Source: Gelidibacter sp. (lineage in GTDB: Bacteria > Bacteroidota > Bacteroidia > Flavobacteriales > Flavobacteriaceae). From it: 64,000 bases of DNA. The notes beneath the pieces were generated by a model. That model saw nothing but the letters and a program-made list of their open reading frames with translations, was not told the DNA's origin and searched no databases. Position numbers and translations under genes: made by a program. This document shows, one piece after another, positions 21,232 to 30,300 of the stretch (position 1 is its first letter; the number at the start of each line of letters is the position of its first letter). The stretch covers positions 25,719 through 89,718 of the forward strand of contig JAWKNA010000011.1 in NCBI GenBank assembly GCA_041391925.1, in the 5' to 3' direction.

Positions 21232-21792
21232 ATGAATACAGAAATAAAAAAAGCAGTTGAAGTATTGATGAACGGTGGACTCCTTCTCTACCCAACTGAC
21301 ACCGTTTGGGGCATAGGTTGTGATGCAACTAATGAAGAAGCGGTTACAAAGATTTTCAAACTTAAGCAGCGCGAAGACAGCAAGGCTTTGATATGTTTGG
21401 TAGCCGATGACCGAATGCTTAAAAAATACATCAAAAAGATTCCTGATGCGGCTTTCGACATCATTGATATCTCGGAAGAACCCATCACTATCATTTATGA
21501 TGAACCGCAAAATTTGGCTTCCAATTTAATTGCTCCAGACAATACGATTGCCATCCGAATTCCTAATGATGACTTTTGCTTTCAATTGTTGCGACGCTTC
21601 AATGGTGCCATTGTTTCAACCTCTGCAAACATCAGTGGCCAACCTACGCCAAAATCCTTCAAAGAAATAGACCAAGACATTTTAAAAGGTGTGGACTATG
21701 TCGTAAATTTGCACCGAGAAAAAATAAACACAAAACCATCATCAATTATCAAATTGAGCAATGATGGTCAAGTGAAAATAATTAGGTCATAA
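21232..21792 (+). CDS. tsaC: L-threonylcarbamoyladenylate synthase (Sua5/YrdC)
   Basis: YPTDTVWGIGCD, KQR, STSANISG. Confidence 0.92.
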   Translation: MNTEIKKAVEVLMNGGLLLYPTDTVWGIGCDATNEEAVTKIFKLKQREDSKALICLVADDRMLKKYIKKIPDAAFDIIDISEEPITIIYDEPQNLASNLIAPDNTIAIRIPNDDFCFQLLRRFNGAIVSTSANISGQPTPKSFKEIDQDILKGVDYVVNLHREKINTKPSSIIKLSNDGQVKIIRS

Positions 21793-21798
21793 AATTAC

Positions 21799-22217
21799 GC
21801 CACGAATTCACTAATAATTATGGCAAATATTCTTTATAAAGATGAAAGCTATTCTATCGTTGGTGTTTTGTTTGATGTTTACAACAATCTCGGTTCTGGT
21901 TTTTCAGAAATAGTTTATAAAGATGCGATTCAATATGAACTTCAACAATTGAATATACCTTTTGAGAGAGAAAAAGAATTTTCTGTTCAGTATAAAAACA
22001 TCATATTACAACATAAATTCTATGCTGATTTTGTGGTTTTTGATAAAATCATATTGGAAATAAAATCTATTAAGGAATTGAACGATGCACATATTTCACA
22101 ATGTTTAAATTATTTGAAAGTTTCTGGTTGTAAATTGGCCATCATTGCCAATTTTCACAAAGACTTTCTAGACCATAAGCGTGTTATTTTGTGACAAATT
22201 ATTCGTGAATTCGTGGC
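21799..22217. repeat. 21-bp inverted repeats flanking the GxxExxY gene (21799-21819 / 22197-22217)
   Basis: GCCACGAATTCACTAATAATT vs AATTATTCGTGAATTCGTGGC, 20/21 complementary. Confidence 0.9.
21820..22194 (+). CDS. GxxExxY protein (PD-(D/E)XK nuclease-like)
   Basis: LGSGFSEIVY motif; ADFVVFDKIILEIK; QCLNYLK. Confidence 0.9.
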   Translation: MANILYKDESYSIVGVLFDVYNNLGSGFSEIVYKDAIQYELQQLNIPFEREKEFSVQYKNIILQHKFYADFVVFDKIILEIKSIKELNDAHISQCLNYLKVSGCKLAIIANFHKDFLDHKRVIL

Positions 22218-22224
22218 AAATAAA

Positions 22225-23640
22225 ATGAATTACATAGAAGCCTTACAACATCCCATTTTCCAAATCATTTCGAAATCTGCTAAAGAACTGAATGTTGATA
22301 GTTACGTCATTGGTGGTTTTGTGCGCGATTTTATTTTGAAACGTGGAAAGCACAAGGATATTGATATTGTCGCCATTGGAAGTGGCATTGAGCTCGCCAA
22401 ACAGGTTGCCAAAAATCTTCCAAATAAACCAAAAGTTCAGGTGTTCAAAACGTATGGCACCGCAATGTTGCGCCACGATGATATTGAAATTGAATTCGTT
22501 GGCGCAAGAAAGGAATCCTATAATGAAGATAGCAGGAATCCGATTGTAGAAAATGGCACATTGGAAGACGACCAAAACCGTCGTGATTTTACCATCAATG
22601 CCTTGGCTTTGGATTTAAGTGAAGCTAACTTCGGAAAACTTCTCGACCCATTTAATGGCATTAAGGATTTGGATGAGAAAATTATCCGTACTCCTTTAAA
22701 TCCTGATATTACCTATTCCGACGACCCATTACGAATGATGCGCGCTATCAGATTTGCCACACAGTTGGGTTTCAAAATAGAAGATGAGTCGCTGGAAGCC
22801 ATTACGAGAAACAAAGACCGCATCAACATCATTACCAACGAACGCATTGTAGTGGAATTAAACAAAATCTTGGAAAGCAATAAGCCTTCCATTGGATTCT
22901 TGTTGTTGGAAAAAACAGGATTGCTTCAATACATTCTACCAGAATTGACCGCCTTGAAAGGAATTGACGAAGTGGAAGGTCAAACGCATAAGGACAATTT
23001 TTATCACACGCTTGAGGTTGTTGACAATATTTCGCAACATACAGATGATGTCTGGTTGCGATGGGCCGCATTGCTCCACGATATTGGGAAAGCACCGACA
23101 AAAAAATTCAGCAAAAAAGTAGGTTGGACGTTTCACGCGCACGAATTTGAAGGCGCCAAAATGGTCTATCACCTCTTCAAACGCTTGAAAATGCCATTGA
23201 ATGACAAAATGAAGTTTGTCCAGAAAATGGTGTTTATGAGTTCTCGACCGATTGCATTGTCGGATGATGATGTCACCGATTCTGCGGTGCGTCGATTGGT
23301 GTTTGATGCTGGCGATTATGTTGAGGATTTGATGACGCTATGCGAAGCTGATATCACTACAAAAAACCCAAAAAAATTCAACAAATATCATAACAATTTT
23401 AAACTGGTTCGTCAGAAAATCGTCGAAGTTGAAGAGCGTGACCATATTCGTAATTTTCAACCACCTATTTCTGGCGAGGACATAATGAAAACTTTCAATT
23501 TGAAACCCTCAAAGGAAATTGGTATTATCAAGGAAACCATCAAGGAAGCGATTCTTGAAGGCGATATTCCTAATGAATATCACGCTGCTTATGAGTTGAT
23601 GTTGAAAGAAGGGGAACGTCTTGGTTTGAAGAAACAATAA
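22225..23640 (+). CDS. cca: CCA tRNA nucleotidyltransferase / poly(A) polymerase family, with HD domain
   Basis: GGFVRD, DIDI, RRDFTINA, DDPLRMMRAIRF, LLHDIGK. Confidence 0.92.
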   Translation: MNYIEALQHPIFQIISKSAKELNVDSYVIGGFVRDFILKRGKHKDIDIVAIGSGIELAKQVAKNLPNKPKVQVFKTYGTAMLRHDDIEIEFVGARKESYNEDSRNPIVENGTLEDDQNRRDFTINALALDLSEANFGKLLDPFNGIKDLDEKIIRTPLNPDITYSDDPLRMMRAIRFATQLGFKIEDESLEAITRNKDRINIITNERIVVELNKILESNKPSIGFLLLEKTGLLQYILPELTALKGIDEVEGQTHKDNFYHTLEVVDNISQHTDDVWLRWAALLHDIGKAPTKKFSKKVGWTFHAHEFEGAKMVYHLFKRLKMPLNDKMKFVQKMVFMSSRPIALSDDDVTDSAVRRLVFDAGDYVEDLMTLCEADITTKNPKKFNKYHNNFKLVRQKIVEVEERDHIRNFQPPISGEDIMKTFNLKPSKEIGIIKETIKEAILEGDIPNEYHAAYELMLKEGERLGLKKQ

Positions 23641-24669
23641 ATGAAAAAACACTTTAGGAAAATTGCCAAAATAGCCTTGGTTCTGGTTTACATGGTCATC
23701 ATTGCTGGTGCGGTCGTGAGGATGACGGGTTCAGGTATGGGCTGTCCTGACTGGCCGAAGTGTTTTGGCTATTACATTCCTCCAACGGAAATTTCCCAAT
23801 TACAATTCAAACCAAACCATGACTATAAAAAAGGGGTCGTCATCATTAAGGATGAGTCTCTTTTGGTTGTAAAAGAAGATTTTAAATCAACTGATTCATT
23901 TCAAACTAACCATTGGGAGCCTTACACCAAACATGATTATGCAATCTTCAATCCACTTCATACCTGGGTGGAATATATCAACCGATTGGTTGGAGCTCTT
24001 TCAGGAATTCCAATCCTTATCTTTACAGTGCTTTCTTTTTGGTTTTGGCGCGCCAATAAATGGATTCCCATTCTTTCGCTTTTGACGGTTTTTGCCATGG
24101 GTTTTCAAGCTTGGCTGGGAAAAACAGTAGTGGATTCTAATTTAGCGCCTTATAAAATCACCATTCATATGGTCATGGCATTGATAATTGTTGCCATGAT
24201 TTTGTACCTCATATTTCGAACAAAGACCTCGTTTAAACTTCAAAAATTTGACAGTCCGTTTAAAAATTTTCTGTCTATTGCCATTTTCCTGTCCTTGATT
24301 CAAATTGTTTTGGGAACGCAGGTTCGTCAAGAAGTAGATACCACCATACAATCCGTTGGCTATCTCAAATCCTTATGGATGGAGCATCCATCAATCATAT
24401 TTTATGTTCACAGAACATTTTCTTTGATTGTTTTTTTCATCAATTTATTTTTGTTTTTAAGAAACAGAAAACTTCAGTTAGGTTACAAAAAAGTCAATCT
24501 GATTTTGCTATGTATCCTACTTGAAATGACTACGGGAATCACAATGTATTATTTCGATTTTCCGTTCCTTTCACAACCAATACATTTAGTGACAGCAACC
24601 ATTTTATTTGGAATACAATTTTATGTATATTTAGAAAGCAAACACAAAAGAACTATCCTAACTAACTGA
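23641..24669 (+). CDS. ctaA: COX15/CtaA heme A synthase family protein
   Basis: GAVVRMTGSGMGCPDWPKC, WVEYINR, conserved His residues in TM helices. Confidence 0.85.
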   Translation: MKKHFRKIAKIALVLVYMVIIAGAVVRMTGSGMGCPDWPKCFGYYIPPTEISQLQFKPNHDYKKGVVIIKDESLLVVKEDFKSTDSFQTNHWEPYTKHDYAIFNPLHTWVEYINRLVGALSGIPILIFTVLSFWFWRANKWIPILSLLTVFAMGFQAWLGKTVVDSNLAPYKITIHMVMALIIVAMILYLIFRTKTSFKLQKFDSPFKNFLSIAIFLSLIQIVLGTQVRQEVDTTIQSVGYLKSLWMEHPSIIFYVHRTFSLIVFFINLFLFLRNRKLQLGYKKVNLILLCILLEMTTGITMYYFDFPFLSQPIHLVTATILFGIQFYVYLESKHKRTILTN

Positions 24670-24699
24670 TTGCAAACTTTTGCACCATATACTAACGCC

Positions 24700-25212
24700 A
24701 TGATTTATAGATTTAGAGTAATCCTTGATAACGACACAGAAGACAATGTGTTTCGTGATTTAGAAATCCGTGAAGACGATACCTTGGAAGATTTGCACAA
24801 CATCATCACACAATCATTTGGTTTTGATGGCTCCGAAATGGCTTCCTTTTACAGAAGCGATGACGATTGGAACCAAGGCGAAGAATATTCCCTTTTTGAC
24901 ATGAGTGATTTTGGTGATGCAAAACTCATGGAAGAAACATTCATTAACGATGTCGTCCATGAAGCTGCCACAAAACTCATTTATGTCTATGATTTTTTGA
25001 ATATGTGGACGTTCTTTGTGGAATTGGCAGAAATTGTTGATGAAACCGATAGTGTCGATTATCCAAACTTGATGTTCGCACACGGACAAATTCCGGATCA
25101 AGCCCCTGAAAAATCATTCTCTGCTGATGAATTTGATGAATTCAATGAATTTGAAGATGATTTAGACGTCGATGATTATGACCATCTCGATTTTGATGAG
25201 AATTGGAATTAG
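24700..25212 (+). CDS. pRiA4b ORF-3 family protein
   Basis: FRDLEIREDDTLEDLHNII, YVYDFLNMW, acidic tail; ATG 24700. Confidence 0.8.
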   Translation: MIYRFRVILDNDTEDNVFRDLEIREDDTLEDLHNIITQSFGFDGSEMASFYRSDDDWNQGEEYSLFDMSDFGDAKLMEETFINDVVHEAATKLIYVYDFLNMWTFFVELAEIVDETDSVDYPNLMFAHGQIPDQAPEKSFSADEFDEFNEFEDDLDVDDYDHLDFDENWN

Positions 25213-25245
25213 TATTCAGTAGGCAAACATTATAAAAAAAATATC

Positions 25246-25656
25246 ATGGCAACATATCAAACTGTAAGATGTCCTCATTGCAAAGAATATTTAAAATTTT
25301 GGAAGAAAAAAAGAAGTCATGGAGTTTTTGGGACGCCAATTATTAGATGTAGTAATTGCAGCAAATTAATCAAAACTGGAAAAAAATTGTGGCGAAATAT
25401 GGACAATACCGAAAAGATAATTTTTCACTTGTCTGCTTATTTTTCATTTTCCTTCTGGTTTGCGTTAGGGTTCCCCATACTGACTTCAATACTTGGTGGA
25501 AAGGAAATTCCTAAATATGTAATCTTAATTATGGCACTAGTTGGATTAGGTATTTCAATTTTAATTCATCGGAATCAAATGGAAACTTTAAAATCAAATG
25601 CAAAACTGTATGAAGATGATTATGACAATGAAACATATGAATATCAGGAATTTTAA
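25246..25656 (+). CDS. Hypothetical zinc-ribbon membrane protein
   Basis: CPHC...CSNC followed by two hydrophobic helices; AT-rich. Confidence 0.7.
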   Translation: MATYQTVRCPHCKEYLKFWKKKRSHGVFGTPIIRCSNCSKLIKTGKKLWRNMDNTEKIIFHLSAYFSFSFWFALGFPILTSILGGKEIPKYVILIMALVGLGISILIHRNQMETLKSNAKLYEDDYDNETYEYQEF

Positions 25657-25692
25657 AATTCGAAAATAAATTCAATAAATAAAACATGTATA

Positions 25693-25863
25693 ATGAAAAA
25701 CTTCATCGAAATAACCGACAAATCAGATTCAGTAAAATTGATTAATTTAAATAATATTAGCTACATAAAAGTTAATATTAGCGCAGTATGTACAATTGTA
25801 ATGAACAACGGAACCGAAATCGAAACTAAAATTTTGAAAGATGAATTAATGAAAATAATATGA
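25693..25863 (+). CDS. Small hypothetical protein, 56 aa, absent from the ORF track
   Basis: ATG 25693 to TGA 25863: MKNFIEITDKSDSVKLINLNNISYIKVNISAVCTIVMNNGTEIETKILKDELMKII; the stop lies just before the attC-like site. Confidence 0.55.
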   Translation: MKNFIEITDKSDSVKLINLNNISYIKVNISAVCTIVMNNGTEIETKILKDELMKII

Positions 25864-25874
25864 TATATAACGTT

Positions 25875-26006
25875 TGCCAACACCCTATATAATCCATTTC
25901 TGGGTCTGTGCCCATCTGGAAAATTCCTGCGGCATTTTCACGTAGCTTTTTACTTGGAATGATTCGTGCTTTCACACGCAACGGTTCATACACAACAAGG
26001 TTGGCA
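25875..26006. repeat. attC-like imperfect palindrome, 132 bp
   Basis: TGCCAAC...GTTGGCA ends; second stem 25886-25900/25978-25992; inner hairpin 25919-25939. Confidence 0.7.
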
Positions 26007-26178
26007 GTCGCAGTATCCAGTATTCAGCCACTCAAGTAACTATTGAGAATTTCTTCAAATAAAAAAGACATCTTTTAAAATTTAAAGATTATGGAATTGT
26101 ATTGAAGATACATTCGTGCATTAGTGGCCAAAATCAATTAACTTTGAATTCTGAACTTCAAACCTTGAACTTTTCACA

Positions 26179-26754
26179 ATGAAAATCTACACAAAAACAG
26201 GCGACAAAGGTACCACAGCATTATTTGGAGGCACTCGCGTTCCAAAACATCATATTCGCATTGAAAGTTATGGCACTGTTGACGAACTCAATTCGCTTCT
26301 CGGTTTGATTCGTGACCAGCAAATCGATGCTCATTACAAAGAAATGCTGATGCTTATTCAGGATAAATTATTTACGGTTGGCGCCATTTTGGCCACAGAC
26401 CCAGAAAAAGCCATTCTCAAAAGTGGCAAAGAACGCCTGAACATTCCTAAAATTTCGGAAGCAGATATCAAAAAACTGGAAGACGAAATGGACGAAATGG
26501 AAACAGCCTTGCCTCCTATGACGCATTTCGTACTGCCTGGTGGACATCAAACTGTGTCATTCTGTCATATTGCGCGCTGTGTCTGCCGTAGAGCGGAACG
26601 TTTAGCCTCTGCACTCAATGAATTGGAGCCCTTTTTACCAGAGGCACTCACCTATCTCAACCGCCTTTCTGACTATCTATTTGTATTGGCACGGAAGTTG
26701 TCTAAAGACTTGCAAGCCGAAGAAATCAAATGGATTCCGCAAAAAGAATCGTAA
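26179..26754 (+). CDS. ATP:cob(I)alamin adenosyltransferase (PduO type)
   Basis: KIYTKTGDKGTT, YGTVDELNS, RCVCRRAER, YLNRLSDYLF. Confidence 0.95.
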   Translation: MKIYTKTGDKGTTALFGGTRVPKHHIRIESYGTVDELNSLLGLIRDQQIDAHYKEMLMLIQDKLFTVGAILATDPEKAILKSGKERLNIPKISEADIKKLEDEMDEMETALPPMTHFVLPGGHQTVSFCHIARCVCRRAERLASALNELEPFLPEALTYLNRLSDYLFVLARKLSKDLQAEEIKWIPQKES

Positions 26755-26920
26755 GAATTTTAGGCTATTCCGATTTTTTTGACTATCCTTTAGATATCAA
26801 GAATTTAAGGAAGAATGAACGCTCTTTCTATTAATGGTAAATTAACTTTGAAATAATTCATTTTTTTCTTGACTTTTTGAACAAAAAAATTATTTTTGCA
26901 GAAAATTAAAACACACTAAA

Positions 26921-27142
26921 ATGTATTGGACATTAGAATTGGCTTCTTATTTAAGTGATGCGCCTTGGCCAGCCACTAAAGACGAATTAATTGACTATGC
27001 AATCCGTACTGGAGCACCATTGGAAGTAGTTGAAAATTTACAGGCGATTGAAGATGAAGGTGATTCTTACGATTCGATTGAAGAAATCTGGTCAGATTAT
27101 CCAACAGACGAAGATTACCTCTGGAATGAGGACGAATATTAA
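26921..27142 (+). CDS. DUF2795 family small acidic protein
   Basis: MYWTLELASYLSDAPWPATKDELIDYA. Confidence 0.85.
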   Translation: MYWTLELASYLSDAPWPATKDELIDYAIRTGAPLEVVENLQAIEDEGDSYDSIEEIWSDYPTDEDYLWNEDEY

Positions 27143-27163
27143 ATAAAATCAAAAAGAATAGTT

Positions 27164-27190
27164 AAAAAGTCTCGACATGAGACTTTTTTT
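27164..27190 (+). terminator. Rho-independent terminator
   Basis: AAAAAGTCTC-GACAT-GAGACTTTTTTT. Confidence 0.7.
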
Positions 27191-27316
27191 GTGCGCTATT
27201 TTTTAAATAACATCATACAAACCGTATCTTTGTGAGCCTTAAAAAAGCATACAGAATACATTCACAGAATTACAAAGTCGGTCACAAACGACTTATAAAT
27301 TAAATATAACAACCTC

Positions 27317-30300
27317 ATGAGTTTTTTAGATTCAGTATTAAAGGTCTTTGTTGGCGACAAATCCAAACAGGATGTCAAAGCCATCATGCCGCTTGTTAAT
27401 CAAATTAAAACCTTCGAAAAAGAACTGGAATCGCTGACACACGATGAGCTGCGTGCCAAAACTTCTTTTTTCAAATCCAAGATTGCCGAAGCACGACAAC
27501 CTTTTAATGATTCCATTGAAAAACTTCAAAAGGAAGCTGAAGAAACCGAAGACATTGACGAGCGCGAAGATATCTATCAGGAAATAGACCGTATCAAGGA
27601 TGATATCTATAAAGTTACCGAAGATGTGCTGAATGACATACTACCTGAAGCTTTTGCTGTGGTCAAAGAAACTGCCAAACGTTTTGTCAATAATACGTCA
27701 ATTACGGTAACGGCAAATGCTTTTGATAGAGAAATTTCCGGTAGCAAAGACTACGTTGTGCTTGAAGACGACAAAGCTGTTTGGGCAAACTCTTGGGATG
27801 CAGCCGGAAAACCGATTACTTGGGATATGATTCACTACGACGTTCAGTTGATTGGTGGTGTGGCCTTGCATCAAGGAAAAATTGCCGAAATGCAAACGGG
27901 TGAAGGTAAAACATTGGTGGCTTCACTTCCAGTTTACTTAAATGCTCTTGCTGGTAATGGTGTGCATTTAGTAACAGTAAATGATTATTTGGCAAAACGT
28001 GATAGTGCATGGATGGCACCTTTGTTTGAATTCCATGGCTTGAGTGTCGATTGTATCGATTACCATCAACCAAATTCTGCATCACGCAAAAAAGCCTATT
28101 TGGCAGATATCACCTACGGAACCAACAATGAGTTTGGTTTCGATTACTTGCGTGATAATATGGCCCATTCACCAGACGATTTGGTGCAACGCCCACATCA
28201 TTATGCCATTGTGGATGAGGTGGATTCCGTTTTGGTGGATGATGCACGTACCCCTTTGATTATTTCTGGTCCTGTACCGCAAGGTGAACGGCATGAATTT
28301 ATTGAATTGAAACCAAAAGTAGATTCGATTGTTGAAGTACAACGCAAGTATTTGACAGGCGTTTTGGCAGAAGCTAAAAAACTCATTTCAGAAGGCGATA
28401 CGAAAGAAGGTGGTTTTAAGTTATTGCGAGTTTACCGCGGAATGCCCAAAAACAAGGCGTTGATCAAATATTTGAGTGAAGAAGGTGTGAAAATGCTCCT
28501 TCAAAAAACCGAAAATCAATACATGTCCGACAACAACCGCGAAATGCCAAAAGTGGATGCGGAATTGTACTACGTTATCGACGAGAAGAACAATCAAGTG
28601 GAGCTGTCTGATAAAGGCGTGGAATTTCTTTCTGGAAAAGACGACCCTAACTTCTTCGTCATGCCAGAAATTGGAACAGAAATTGCCAAAATAGAAGCCC
28701 AAAATCTTTCCAAAGAAGAAGAAGCTAACGCCAAAGAAGATTTATTCCGCGATTTTGGAATCAAATCAGAACGTATCCATACACTCAACCAATTGTTAAA
28801 GGCCTATGCACTATTTGAAAAAGACATTCAATATGTGGTTATTGACAATAAGGTATTGATTGTGGATGAGCAAACGGGGCGTATCATGGACGGTCGTCGA
28901 TATAGTGATGGATTACACCAAGCTATTGAAGCGAAGGAAAATGTAAAAATTGAAGCCGTTACCCAAACGTTTGCAACAGTTACACTTCAAAATTATTTTA
29001 GAATGTATCGCAAATTGGCTGGTATGACTGGTACTGCTGTTACTGAAGCTGGTGAGTTCTGGGAAATATACAAGTTGGATGTAGTAGAAATTCCAACCAA
29101 TAGGCCGATTGCCCGTGATGATAGAGAAGATCTGGTATACAAAACCAAACGTGAAAAATATAATGCTGTCATTGATGAGGTCACCAAACTGTCCCAAGAA
29201 GGACGCCCAGTGTTGATTGGTACGACTTCGGTTGAAATCAGTGAGCTATTAGGCAAAATGTTGACACTCCGCAAGATTCCTCATAACATTTTGAATGCCA
29301 AGTTGCACAAAAAAGAGGCTGACATTGTTGCCGAGGCTGGACAGCCAGGCCAAGTAACTATTGCCACCAACATGGCTGGTCGTGGTACTGACATCAAGTT
29401 GGCAGAATTGGTTAAAACTGCTGGAGGACTTGCCATCGTGGGGACTGAACGTCACGATTCGCGTCGTGTGGATCGACAGTTACGTGGTCGTGCAGGACGA
29501 CAAGGAGATCCAGGAAGTTCTCAATTCTATGTGTCTTTGGAAGATAACCTCATGCGACTATTTGGTAGTGAGCGAATTGCCAAAATGATGGACCGAATGG
29601 GCTTGAAAGAAGGCGAAGTAATCCAACATTCCATGATTTCAAAATCGATTGAGCGTGCACAGAAAAAAGTTGAGGAAAACAACTTTGGAGTCCGTAAACG
29701 TCTTTTGGAGTATGATGATGTCATGAATGCCCAACGTGAGGTTGTTTACAAACGTCGTCGACACGCGTTGCATGGTGAACGTTTGCGTGTGGACTTGGCA
29801 AACATGATTTATGACACTTCTGAAAGTATTGCCGAAACAAACAAAGCAGCTAACGATTACAAGAATTTTGAATTTGAGTTGATTCGTTATTTTTCGATGA
29901 GTTCTCCAATCACTGAACAGGAATTCAACAAACTGTCTGAAAAAGAATTGGCTGGAAAAGTCTATAAAGCAGCATTTGAGCACTATCGGGAGAAGATGCA
30001 ACGAAATGCAGATATGGCATTTCCGGTCATCAAGAATGTGTATGAAAATCAACGTGACAAATTCAAACGTATTGTAGTTCCTTTTACAGATGGTGTCAAA
30101 ACACTTCAAGTGGTCACAGACCTTGAAAAATCATACAACACGCAAGGGAAACAGCTAGTCAACGACTTTGAAAAGAATATCACCTTAGCAATTGTGGACG
30201 ATGCATGGAAAACACATTTGCGTAAGATGGACGAGTTAAAACAATCGGTTCAGTTGGCTGTACATGAACAAAAAGATCCATTATTGATTTACAAATTTGA

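Larger units (their letters stand above)
25219..26006 (+). mobile_element. Putative integron-like gene cassette (two ORFs plus an attC-like site), no integrase in window
   Basis: Bounded by GTAGGCA / GTTGGCA cores; the cassette start is 14/16 complementary to the left arm of a 132-bp imperfect palindrome. Confidence 0.55.

Noticed and set aside
24700-25212. pRiA4b ORF-3 / 'IS1096 passenger' family gene as a mobile element
   Set aside because: No transposase or terminal repeats; it sits in line with the cca-ctaA operon like a resident gene.
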